Source: Macrostomum lignano (lineage: Eukaryota). Taken from it: 64,000 nt of DNA. Shown piece by piece: positions 24,201-35,214 of this stretch. Location: contig NIVC01000303.1 in NCBI GenBank assembly GCA_002269645.1, positions 124,001 to 188,000 of the forward strand. The letters are read 5' to 3'. The first letter of the stretch is position 1; every line of letters begins with the position of its first letter. Both the position numbers and the translations under genes were made by a program. The notes under the pieces are model-generated. The model was not told the origin of the DNA. It saw only the letters and a list, made by a program, of their open reading frames with translations, and did not search any database.

Positions 24201-27200
24201 TATCTTTGCCCGCTTCTTCTGTTGCATAATTAATGAGTTGCGGGTTGAAAGTTACACCAGCTTGACATAATTTCCTTTTAAAGAGGGGCTCTTTCACATC
24301 GACCTGCTATGCTACATATACTGTTTAATTGCATCGGGTTCGAGTTGGCTGAGTCCTACATGTACTGTACAGAGTACAGATCGAAGTTTTTATGACTTTA
24401 TCAGTTGAAATTAGTATTTGATTTGACTATAAGCACTGCACCAGATGGATGTACATTGGCGGAGTGCGGTTGCTGATCGGATAGATGTACATTGGTGGAG
24501 TATAGTTACCACTAGGATGGATGTACATTGGCAGAGTGGGGTTGGTGCTTGCTCGGATGGATGTACATTGGCGGAGTGGGGTTGGTGCTCGGATGGTTGT
24601 AAATTGGCGGAGTGGGGTTGGTTATCGGATGGATATACATTGGTAAAGTGGGGTTGGTTATCGGATGGATATACATTGGTAAAGTGGGGTTGGTGATCGG
24701 ATGGATATACATTGGTGGAGTGGGGTTGGTGATCGGATGGATATACATTGGTAAAGTGGGGTTGGTTATCGGATGGATATACATTGGTAAAGTGGGGTTG
24801 GTTATCGGATGGATATACATTGGTAAAGTGGGGTTGGTGATCGGATGGATATACATTGGTGGAGTGGGGTTGGTGATCGGATGGTTGTACATTGGCGGAG
24901 TGGGGTTGGTTATCGGATGGATGTACATTGGCGGAGTGCGGTTGGTTATCGGATGGATGTACATTGGCAAAGTGGGGTTGGTGATCGGGTCGATGTACAT
25001 TGGCAAAGTGGGGTTCGTGATCGGATGGATGTACATTGGTGCAGTGGGGTTGGTGATTGCATGGATGTACATTGGCAGAGTGGGGTTGGTGATCGGGTCG
25101 ATGTACACTGTCTAATCGGATCTGCTCGCATGACTACACCGCAGGCGCAACTAGCGGAGCTATGCAACCGCACCCTGATGCTGCCAGTGGGCATGGGCGC
25201 TCTCGGGCTGGCCATTCGAAGTCACCGCAGCTGGTCAGCCGCGTCTTTTCTGAGCGCTGGAGGCGGCGAAATCGTACCGCCTTTGAACACGGCCGGTCAG
25301 TCCGACAATCAACGCAGCGTAACCCTTGACGCTGGCACAGTTTCGCGAGTCTGGGGCGAATTTCATAACGGAGTCGCCGCCGGTTTGACCTACGCGCCCG
25401 GCTTGAGCGGCCTAGACGAATCGTGGATTTGGTTCGCTTTGAGGGCGATTTCTCACTCTAGACAATTGCCAATGCCTACTGAGGTGAGATTTGGGGGTGT
25501 TTAGATTTATAAATCGGGTGTTGTCAATTGTGATATATTATCATTATTTCTTGTTGCTAGGGTCTAAATTAGGGAAGGATTTCTGGGGATCAATATCTTG
25601 TTGCTAGGGTCTAAATTAGGGGAAGATTTCTGGGGATTATTAGCTTGTTGCTAGGGTCTAAATTAGGGGAGGATTTGTGGCGACTAATATCTTGTTACTA
25701 GTTGCTAAATTGGAGAAAAATCTTTTGGATTACAACATCTTGTTGCTACGGGGCTAAATTAGGATATAATTCTGGGAATTAATATCTTGTTGCCAAAATT
25801 TGTCGCAGAGCTTCAGCAGCGAACAGAGCGGCTTCCTACTAGGGTTGGGCATCAACGGTCATCTCCGCCAATTGGCCACCGAAAGAATTCGAGTTATGCT
25901 CAGCTACGGAGACGAGATGCTTACAGTTGCCACCCTGCTAGGCCTGGCAGCTTCCAGACGAGCGTCAATGGACGAGAGCTACTACAGAACTGCCGCTTTG
26001 CATGTCAACGCTTTGCTGCCGCCGTCTAGTGTCGATATGGAGTTGCCCAGGCTGATGCATTCGGCTGCGGTTGTGGGCCTTGGTCTGGTCTATCAGGTTC
26101 GCGTTCTCAATGCTTGCTTTCTTTTTTTGGTGTTCGCTTCCGTCACTCATATTTTGTCTGCTTTTATCATCTTCGCCTCCCTTCGAATCTCCTGTCGCTC
26201 TTTTCATCTTCCTTCTACTGATCCTTCCATATCCCTTCTGATGTTATTATCTCTCCCTTCGTCTCCCTTCTGATGCTTTTATCTCTCCCTTTGTCTCCCT
26301 TCTGATGCTTTTATCTCTCCCTTCGTCTCTCTTCTCCTGATCCTTCTGTCTCTCCCTTCATCTCCCTTTTCCTAAACCTTCTGTCTCTCCCTTCATCTCC
26401 TCCCTGCAGATCCTTATGTCTCTCTCTTAATCTTAGTCTTAAAGCTTCTCTTTTCTCAGTAAAAAATCGGCAAAATATTCTCAAGATTCTCAAAACAAGA
26501 GCAAGCCTAATTAACCAATACAATTTTCAAGGGCTCGGGTCACAATCACCTGGCCAGCGTGTTGCTAGCCGAAATCGGTCAACCGGCCGGTTTAGAGCCG
26601 CAAAACAATCAGTCGCGACAATTAGTGGCCACCTGTTCCGGATTAGCGCTAGGATTAATCTGCACTCAGCTGGGCAGCGGCGGCGACCCCGGCACAGCCG
26701 AGCTGCTGTGGGCCTACATGGTTGGCGGCAGGCGCAGGCTGCCAATGCCCGCTAGGGATCCCAGATCCACTGCCGGCGGGCCTGTCAATACCGGCTTGGG
26801 ATTAGCCGGCAATCCGCCTTTGCCGCCGCATCAGCCGGGATCTGCTGGGGCCGGCGGCGGACCGCAGAACGACAATCAGTCTAATAACCAGCCTGGTAAC
26901 GGCGCAGCTGCTGGAGGAAACGGCGAAGGCGGCGGTGGTCACAACAGTTCAGGTGAATGAAATAGGTGTTAGGGCTTGTTTATGCTTGGCTTAATCATCA
27001 AAGCCTGTGACTCTGTCACTGTGAATGTGAGTGACTCTGTGACTGTGACTGTCACTGTGAATGTGAGTGACTCTGTGACTGTGACTCTGTCACTGTGAAT
27101 GTGAGTGACTCTGTGACTGTGACTGTCACTGTGAATGTGAGTGACTCTGTGACTGTCACTGTGAATGTGAGTGACTCTGTGACTGTCACTGTGAATGTGA

Positions 27201-30200
27201 ATGTGAGTGACTCTGTGACTGTCACTGTGAATGTGAGTGACTCTGTGACTGTCACTGTGAATGTGAGTGACTCTGTGACTGTCACTGTGAATGTGAGTGA
27301 CTCTGTGACTGTCACTGTGAATGTGAGTGACTCTGTGACTGTGACTCTGTCACTGTGAATGTGAGTGACTCTGTGACTGTGACTGTCACTGTGAATGTGA
27401 GTGACTCTGTGACTGTTACTCTGTCACTGTGAATGTGAGTGACTCTGTGACTGTGACTCTGTCACTGTGAATGTGAGTGACTCTGTGACTGTGACTCTGT
27501 CACTGTGAATGTGAGTGACTCTGTGACTGTGACTCTGTCACTGTGACTGTGAGTGACTCTGTGACTGTGAATGTGAGTGACTCTGTGACTGTGACTCTGT
27601 CACTGTGAATGTGAGTGACTCTGTGACTGTGACTCTGTCACTGTGACTGTGAGTGACTCTGTGACTGTGACTGTCACTGTGACTGTGAGTGACTCTGTGA
27701 CTGTGACTCTGTCACTGTGAATGTGAGTGACTCTGTGACTGTGACTCTGTCACTGTGAATGTGAGTGACTCTGTGACTGTGAATGTGAATGTGAGTTACT
27801 CTGTGACTGTGACTGTCACTGTGAATGTGAGTTACTCTGTGACTGTGACTCTGTCACTGTGAATGTGAGTTACTCTGTGACTGTGACTGTCACTGTGAAT
27901 GTGAGTGACTCTGTCACTGTGAATGTGAGTTACTCTGTGACTGTGACTGTCACTGTGAATGTGAGTGACACTTTCACTGTGAATGTGAGTTACTCTGTGA
28001 CTGTGACTGTCACTGTGAATGTGAGTGACTCTGTGACTGTGACTGTCACTGTGAATGTGAGTGACTCTGTGATTGTGACTGTCACTGTGAATGTGAGTGA
28101 CTCTGTGACTGTGACTGTCACTGTGAATGTGAGTGACTCTGTGATTGTGACTGTCACTGTGAATGTGAGTGACTCTGTGACTGTGACTGTCACTGTGACT
28201 GTGAGTGACTCTGTGACTGTGACTCTGTCACTGTGAATGTGAGTTACTCTGTGATTGTGACTGTCACTGTGAATGTGAGTGACTCTGTGACTGTGACTCT
28301 GACTGACTGTGACTGACTGTGGCTCTGTGACTGTGACTCTGTCATTGTGACTCTGTCTCTTCTGACTTCTGACTCTTCTGACTTTGAATCTGACTCTGAC
28401 AGGCTACTACGACGGTCTACTACTGGGTTACGAAGCCAGCCATCAAATCTACGAAGGCGACTCGTACAACGTTGAAGTGACCGCGCCTGGTGCCATCGGC
28501 GCCCTGGCTCTGATGTACATGGGCAGCGAAGACTCGGCCGTTAGCACTTGGCTGGCTGTACCTGATACGCCGTATCATCTGGACTTTGTCCGGCCTGATC
28601 TGCTGCAGCTGCGCTGTCTGGCTAGGGGACTCGTTCTGTGGGATCAGCTGCTGCCGGACGAGAATTGGGTGCTGGATCAGGTGAGTTTTGTGCTTTTCCC
28701 TGTTGTTGCTTGTCTTTCATACTGAATCTAAATCTCCTTATCTCCAGATCTCCACTTTAGATGTCTCCTGATCCCGATTCCAGATGTCTTCTGATCCCGA
28801 TTATAGAAGTCTCCTAATCTCGATTTTAGATGTCTCCTGATCCCAATTCTAGCTCGTAGATGTCTCCTGAACCCGATTCTTAGATGTCTCCTGATCCCGA
28901 TTCTTAGATGTCTCCTGATCCCAATTCTAACTCGTAGATGTCTCCTGATCCCAATTCTTAGATGTCTCCTGATCCCGATTCCTAGATGTCTCCTGATCCC
29001 GATTCTAGCTCGTAGATGTCTCCTGAACCCAATTCTTAGATGTCTCCTGATCCCGATTCTAGCTCGTAGATGTCTCCTGATCCCAATTCTAGATGTCTCC
29101 TGATCCCAATTCTTAGATGTCTCCTGATCCCGATTCTAGCTCGTAGATGTCTCCTGATCCCAATTCTAGATGTCTCCTGATCCCAATTCTTAGATGTCTC
29201 CTGATCCCGATTCTAGCTCGTAGATGTCTCCTGATCCCAATTCTACAGTAGATGTCTCCTGATCCCAATTCTAGCTCGTAGATGTCTCCTGATCCCGATT
29301 CTAGCTCGTAGATGTCTCCCGATCCCAATTCTAGCTCGTAGATGTCTCCTGATACCGATCCTTATTCGAACGCGAACCTTCTGATCCCAAATCTGCTTCG
29401 TTCAGGCTTTCTAGACCCTCTAATTGTCAATTTGAGAATTGTATCCCAATTCAGGGGGATCTTATTAATTTATCCTTACTAAATCGCCATCCAGATACCC
29501 AAATTCATCAAAGCCGCCGCTGACGTTACCGATCCGACGTCCGCAACCGCCGCCGTCGACGCTTCACTAGTTGGACCGGCGGCCTCCGCCTGCGTTGACC
29601 CGGCGTTGGCTGACGCCGCTACCGCCGCCATCGACTGGGACCTCGCCGGGTCCAGCCTAGTAGCGGCCATCTCCGGCTACGGCCTCGCCATGGGCATCCG
29701 ATTTGCCGGTACGCACAATGCCGCCGCTTTCGCCGCGTTGAAGCGCCTGCTAGCCCGGCTGGCAAGTTTGCCGCGCTGGATGTGCCGACGCGACGTTGAG
29801 CAGGCCTCAGCCGTGCTGCTGGCCGCCGCCGCCTGCCTCATGTCTGGCAGCGGCAATCTTTGGCTGATGCGTCAACTGCGCAGGAAACGGGCCGTGCTGC
29901 CTAAACAGGTAGGAATTGCGTATATGTGCGGCTATAGATATCCCGGTTAGGTAAATACCGGTTAGAGAAATCCCGGTTAGGGAAATCCCGGTTAGGGAAA
30001 TCCCGGTTAGGGAAATCCCGGTTAGGGAAATCCCGGTTAGGGAAATCCCGGTTAGGGAAATCCCGGTTAGGGAAATCCCGGTTAGGGAAATCCCGGTTAG
30101 GGAAATCCCGGTTAGGGAAATCCCGGTTAGGGAAATCCCGGTTAGGGAAATCCCGGTTAGGGAAATCCCGGTTAGGGAAATCCCGGTTAGGGAAATCCCG

Positions 30201-33200
30201 GTTAGGGAAATCCCGGTTAGGGAAATCCCGGTTAGGGAAATCCCGGTTAGGGAAATCCCGGTTAGGGAAATCCCTGTTAGGGAAATCCCGGTTAGGGAAA
30301 TCCCGGTTAGGGAAATCCCGGTTAGGGAAATCCCGGTTAGGGAAATCCCGGCTAGGGAAATCCCGTTTAGAGAAATCCGGGTAGGGAAATCCCGATTAGG
30401 AAAATCCCGATTAGAGAAATCCCGGTTAGGGAAATCCAGATTAGGAAAATCCCGGTTAGGGAAATCCCAAAATTATTCTTATGCCTCATTTTCATACTGA
30501 TTTATATTCTTTGACCAATGTGACATCAATGCCTTATCCCAAGGTGGACTGCGGCTGTCAGCTGATGTACGCCATGGCCACCGGAATCCTGCTGCTAGGC
30601 GGTGGTCGCTATACTCTGAGCAATCGACCTGAACGCGCCGCCCTGCTCACTGTGGCTTTGTTTCCCAAGCTGCCCTGCAGTCTTACTGATAATTCGCATC
30701 ATCTCCAAGCGTTGAGACATTTGTACGCCTTGGCCGCTGTGCCGCGCGTGCTGTGCCCGGTGTCGCTGCATAGCCGGCGTGTTGTGCCAGGATCCAGGGC
30801 CGATATCACTCTTGCGGCCACGAAATATTACTCAGAGGTAATGAGGATTTAATGAAAGAATAAGGAGTATAATGTATTGGGTAAAGTATGAATTTTTGTT
30901 CCTTTTAAAAAACTCCCTCTAATGGAAATCCCCAAAACGTTCAAATGTTAAAAATCATTTTACAGTAATATCTTCAGCTTCCTGTAAGTATCACAGCTAT
31001 CCTTGTTTGATTTGTATAAACCCATCCCACCCCACCCGATCTCACTCTATACCATTTTATCTCACCCCACCCCCTCCCTCCTCACCCTATACCATCTTGT
31101 CTCATCCCATTCCTTCTCAATCTATACCATCTTATCCCATCCCACCCCATCCCATCCTATCCCATCTCATTCTATACCATCTTATCTCACCCCACCCCAT
31201 CCCATCTCACTCTATACCATCTTATCCCATCCCATCCCATCTCACTCTACACCATCTTATCTCACCCCACTCCATCCTATCTCACTCATACCATCTTATC
31301 CCATCCCATCCCATCTCACTCTACACCATCTTATCTCACCCCACTCCATCCTATCTCACTCATACCATCTTATCCCATCCCATCCCATCTCACTCTACAC
31401 CATCTTATCTCACCCCACTCCATCCTATCTCACTCATACCATCTTATCCCATCCCATCCCATCTCACTCTACACCATCTTATCTTACCCACCCCATCCCT
31501 TCTCACTCTATACCATCTTATCTCAATCCATCTCAGCCCATCTCATCTCACCCCACCCTGCAGTTGACTTACCAAGTCCGGCTGCCCTGTCTGCTGCCCG
31601 ATCCGAGTTCCGTTCGTCGAGTGGTCGTCAGGGCGCCCGGTCACTGGCCCGTTCAACTGGACGGTGTCGACAGTCGTCAAGCTGCTGGTCGCCAGCAGCA
31701 GCAATCGATGTTGCAGGCAACTCTAAATCACGCATTCGGCTACGTGCTCATGATGGAGCGTCGAAGAGGCTGTCTAGGCGGCGAAGTTGTCGTAGTTGTT
31801 GCTCCGTCCGACGAGTGCGACCACGACGATAGCAAGCGAAGTCAATTTGAATTTGACGATGTCGATCTTGACGACGTTGGCGCCGAGCTCGGCGAATCTG
31901 GCGGCGTCGGCGATAGTCGACGGCGAATTTACAGGCGTCGGTTTTATCGGTTCGACGAGGCAGCCGCCAGGGCCGGCGACGGTAGCTGCCTGCACGCCTG
32001 GCAGCTGGTGCTGACGCAGGCCTTCTATGCCAGGATGTCGGCGACTGCGGTGGCTACCGCGGCGACAACTGGCGGCGATGGCGAGGAACTAGACGAGGCT
32101 GAGGACGAGTTCTACGGCGAGGATGCCGATGATGTGTTAAGTGTAGGTCTCGTGTCTATGCATTGGGATTTTTTGTGTGGGGATTTTAGGCGAAATCGTC
32201 CTACATACAAGCCTGTCAATACTGTACGCAGGCGTTTTACAGACGCTCACACAGGGTGTACAACGATCCTTTGACTTTGTAATCGTGGTGATGATTTAGG
32301 TGTGTGGGGATTTAGGTGTGTGGGGATTTAGGTGTGTGGGGATTTAGGTGTGTGGGGATTTAGGTGTGTGGGGATTTAGGTGTGTGGGGATTTAGGTGTG
32401 TGGGGATTTAGGTTTGGGGATTTAGGCATGTGGGGATTTAGGTTTGGGGATTTCGACGTGGGGATTTAATAACAGGGACTCAGGTGTGGGCATTTTCGTT
32501 TGGGGATTTAGGTATGTGGGGATTTAGTTGTGGAGATTTAGGTGTGGGCATTTTTGTGTGGTGATTTAGGTGTGGGCATTTTTGTGTGGGGATTTAGGTG
32601 TGGGCATTTTTGTGTGGGGATTTAGGTGTGGGGATTTAGGTGTGGTGATTTAGGTGTGGGCATTTTTGTGTGGGGATTTAGGTGTGGGCATTTTTGTGTG
32701 GGGATTTAGGTGTGGGGATTTAGGTGTGGGCATTTTTGTGTGGGGATTTAGGTATGTGGGGATTTAGTTGTGGAGATTTAGGTGTGGTGATTTAGGTGTG
32801 GGAATTTTTGTGTGGGGATTTAGATGTGGTGATTTAGGTGTGGTGCTCTAGGTGTGGGGACTTCGATGTGGGGATTTTGACGTAGGGCCGGATATGGTTT
32901 TATCGATTTTGCGACTTTGGAGACTGTAACTGTTGTCTGTCAGTGCATAAAGCAGTAAATTTAATTTTTTTTCTAAAGATTTTTATCTTCCTCCCCTACT
33001 AGGCTGGCACCAGCAATCGCCGACATCGCGTACTGCCCGCCTCTCGTCTCTATCAATGCGTCGCTCTTGTCAGCCGTCGTCTCGTTCGTAGCGTTTTAAC
33101 AGCGTCGCCAAGCGCCAAGTCTTTGTCCGCAGCAGCCGCTGTATTCCTTGGCAGCGCGCTGTTTCGTAGAAAACCGGCTGAACTGCAAGAGCTGCGTGAA

Positions 33201-33347
33201 CTAGCCCAGCGTAACAGTCTGGAGCCGTGGCTGTTTCTCCGGCGTTGTCGAGAAATCGACGCGTCCGACGGAGTTGGAGGCGTCGACATTGAGTCGGATG
33301 AGCAGCGGATGGCGCTATTCCGGCTGATGTCTGTCGGCAAGATTTAA
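15250..33347 (+). CDS. ANAPC1: Anaphase-promoting complex subunit 1, 15 exons: 15250-16139, 17328-18015, 18537-19283, 20040-20230, 21855-22255, 23369-23694, 23796-24011, 25145-25483, 25809-26096, 26532-26952, 28403-28680, 29495-29908, 30544-30837, 31564-32142, 33003-33347 (6417 nt, ~2138 aa)
   Basis: All introns are GT-AG with matching phases and the summed length is divisible by 3. APC1 motifs: MITPQRTESFTPAGR (cf. MIAARDLQEFVPFGR), LFSLSHPLDDVAP, LPFGVALP, DLRIREAYRMLQ, GFLLGLGINGHL, LLAEIGQPAG, HQIYEGDSYNVEVTAPGA, LDFVRPDLLQLRCLARGL, LLLGGGRYTL, HLQALRHLYALA. Confidence 0.95.
16160..17290. repeat. ANAPC1 intron 1 minisatellite, ~29-31 bp (CCAACCAGTTTGGGATTATCTTCCCCAATAT)
   Basis: Tandem units, more diverged toward the 3' end. 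Confidence 0.93.
18055..18400. repeat. ANAPC1 intron 2 minisatellite, 27 bp (AACACGGGGATAAAAATCCCAATCTTC)
   Basis: Tandem units. Confidence 0.93.
19345..19985. repeat. ANAPC1 intron 3 minisatellite, ~19-21 bp (AAATGAAATGGCGCCCCTC / CTCTAAAATGAAATCCCACC)
   Basis: Tandem units in two variant domains. Confidence 0.9.
20240..21690. repeat. ANAPC1 intron 4 minisatellite, ~24 bp (GGGATTTTTATCCCCTGTAGATTT) with ~151-bp higher-order period
   Basis: AAAGATCATTTGGGG variant recurs near 20580, 20732, 20884, 21035, 21186. Confidence 0.93.
22300..23335. repeat. ANAPC1 intron 5 minisatellite, ~23 bp (GGGAGATATGGGTGAGATTGATA), interrupted by a SINE
   Basis: Tandem units on both sides of 22636-22997. Confidence 0.93.
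22636..22997 (+). mobile_element. tRNA-derived SINE, full length with poly(A) tail and TSD
   Basis: Head GGGGCCGTAGCCCAGCGGTAGCGC...GGCTCGATTCC (A/B boxes), tail AATAAAAAAAA, TSD ATGGGTGAGATC on both sides. Near-identical copy inverted at 40813-41176. Confidence 0.9.
24183..24363 (+). ncRNA. Candidate box H/ACA snoRNA (copy A) in ANAPC1 intron 7
   Basis: Hairpin 1 AGCTGG/CCAGCT with CCCGC/GCGGG; H box ACATAA 24265-24270. Hairpin 2 lower stem GGGCTC/GAGTCC, pocket TTTCACA/GTTGGCT, upper stem TCGACCTG/CGGGTTCGA. ACA at 24358-24360, exactly 14 nt from the upper stem. Confidence 0.75.
24445..25110. repeat. ANAPC1 intron 7 minisatellite, 36 bp (GGATGGATATACATTGGTAAAGTGGGGTTGGTTATC)
   Basis: Tandem units; diverged units also at ~24040-24125. 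Confidence 0.95.
25545..25800. repeat. ANAPC1 intron 8 minisatellite, ~47 bp (TTGTTGCTAGGGTCTAAATTAGGG...), ~5 copies
   Basis: Tandem diverged units. Confidence 0.85.
26200..26410. repeat. ANAPC1 intron 9 CT-rich degenerate tandem repeat (CTCTCCCTTCGTCTCCCTTCTGATG...)
   Basis: A few diverged units. Confidence 0.7.
27005..28400. repeat. ANAPC1 intron 10 repeat built from 6-bp modules (GTGACT, CTGTCA, GTGAAT, GTGAGT)
   Basis: Direct inspection; runs up to the acceptor at 28402. Confidence 0.95.
28760..29350. repeat. ANAPC1 intron 11 minisatellite, 22-30 bp (GATGTCTCCTGATCCCGATTCTAGCTCGTA)
   Basis: Tandem units. Confidence 0.93.
29940..30470. repeat. ANAPC1 intron 12 minisatellite, 15 bp (GGGAAATCCCGGTTA)
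   Basis: About 25 near-perfect central copies with diverged edges. Confidence 0.97.
31020..31555. repeat. ANAPC1 intron 13 minisatellite (CCATCCCATCTCACTCTACACCATCTTATCTCACCCCA-like)
   Basis: Tandem units running to the acceptor at 31563. Confidence 0.9.
32290..32880. repeat. ANAPC1 intron 14 minisatellite (GTGTGGGGATTTAG)
   Basis: Tandem units; inverted relative of 13645-14590. Confidence 0.93.
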
Positions 33348-33489
33348 ACTGACTCCTGCCGTTTTTATCTGGCTGTCGTCTTTAAGACATTGTTAGTCAT
33401 TTCTAGGAATTTGGCGTGTTATTGTGCGTTTCTAAGAATCGTAATTCAATTTCTTAGAATATTGAATACGAATACGAATATTGAATACC

Positions 33490-34100
33490 AATCCAGTTTA
33501 CAATATTATTCCGGTTTCTAAGAATATCAATCCGGTTTCTACGAATACCAATCCGGTTTCTAAGAATACCAATCCGGTTTCTTAGAATACCAATCCGGTT
33601 TTTAAGAATACCAATCCGGTTTCTAATAATACCAATCCGGTTTCTAAGAATACCAATCCGGTTTCTAATAATACCAATCCGGTTTCTAAGAATACCAATC
33701 CGGTTTCTTTACCAATCCGGTTTCTAAGAAAACCAATCCGGTTTCTAAGAAAACCAATCCGGTTTCTAAGAAAACCAATCTGGTTTCTAAGAATACCAAT
33801 CCGGTTTCTAAGAATTCCAATCCGGTTTCTAAGAATACCAATCCGGTTTCTAAGAATATCAATCCGGTTTCTTATAGTACCAATACGGTTTCTAATAATA
33901 CTAATCCGGTTTCTAAGAATACCAATCCGGTTTCTAAGAATACCAATCCGGTTTCTTAGAATATTATTCCGGTTTCTAAGAAAATAGTTGCGGTTTGCTA
34001 AGAATATAATCCGGTTTCTAAAAATCCTAGTCTGGTTTCTAAGAAAGGTTTTCCGGTTTCTTAGAATCGCAATCTTATTTCTTAGAATCGTGTTCCAATA
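33490..34100. repeat. 21-bp minisatellite GAATACCAATCCGGTTTCTAA downstream of the ANAPC1 stop
   Basis: Tandem units; AATAAA at 34442. Confidence 0.93.
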
Positions 34101-34574
34101 TCTAGGAATCCCTATTCGGTTTTTAAGATTTTAACAAGAATTTCTAGAAGCGACATCGCCAATTGTAAGAAGCGATTCATCTCAAAGCTAGAACTATTAT
34201 TCTCCTAATTTATGCATTTTGTGGGTTTATTCTTTTTTTGAGGTGCTTATTACTGAATTATAATGCTTTCTACTCTCCTATATAAACCCGGTTTCAGTTT
34301 CTGCTTCGGTTTGAATTCGACCGTAGCTGGTCAGCTATATTCATTTTATAATGTTACGCATTGAAACTTAATTTTGTTAATATAATGAGTAACTATTTTC
34401 AACTCATACTGGTAACTGTATTTGATTTCATAAATGCTTGAAATAAAATTGTTTGTTAACAATCGCATGACCCTATAATATTAACCTGTTTAAGCGATTT
34501 CTTCTTTGAAAGTAAAAAATTACTTGCAGATAAGTAGGACGACAGATGACATTAAGTAGGTAGGCTCTTAGGCT

Positions 34575-35030
34575 GGTAGATTGGTAGATTGGTAGACTGG
34601 TAGATTGGTACTCGTACATTGGTAGATTAGTAGACTAGTAGATTGGTAAATTGGCAGATTGGTAGAGTGGTAGATTAGCAGATTGGTAAACTGGTAGATT
34701 GGCAGATTGGTGAACTGGTATATTGGTAGATTGGTGGATTAGCAGATTGGTAAACTGGTAGATTGGTAGATTAGTGGATTAGCAGATTGGTAAACTGGTA
34801 GATTGGCCGATTGACAAAACTGGTAGATTGGTGGAGTGGCAGATTGGTGGATTGGCAGATTGGTAAACTGGTATATTGGTAGATTGGTGGATTAGCAGAT
34901 TGGTAAACTGGTATATTGGTAGATTGGTGGATTGGCAGATTGGTGAACTGGTATATTGGTAGATTGGTGGATTGGCAGATTGGTGAACTGGTATATTGGT
35001 AGATTGGCAGACTGGTAGACTATTAAATTA
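34575..35030. repeat. (GGTAGATT)n-derived tandem repeat upstream of the kinesin gene
   Basis: 8-bp base unit with variants. Confidence 0.9.
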
Positions 35031-35214
35031 GCAGACTAGTAAGTGAGTATTTATTGTCAGGCGGCAATCGACAGACTGGGTGGATATACGAGATAATTAA
35101 TAATAAGTAACAAAATCTGTATCTAACTTAGCTAATTAATACCTTTTCCTGCTACTGTCAGTAGTAGCTGATCGAACACACACAGCGGTCTGTTTATAAA
35201 AATAGAATACTCAA

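Noticed and set aside
29970-30350. NF-kB site cluster (GGGAAATCCC)
   Set aside because: A consensus match inside a minisatellite is not evidence of regulation, and there is no support for the factor acting here.
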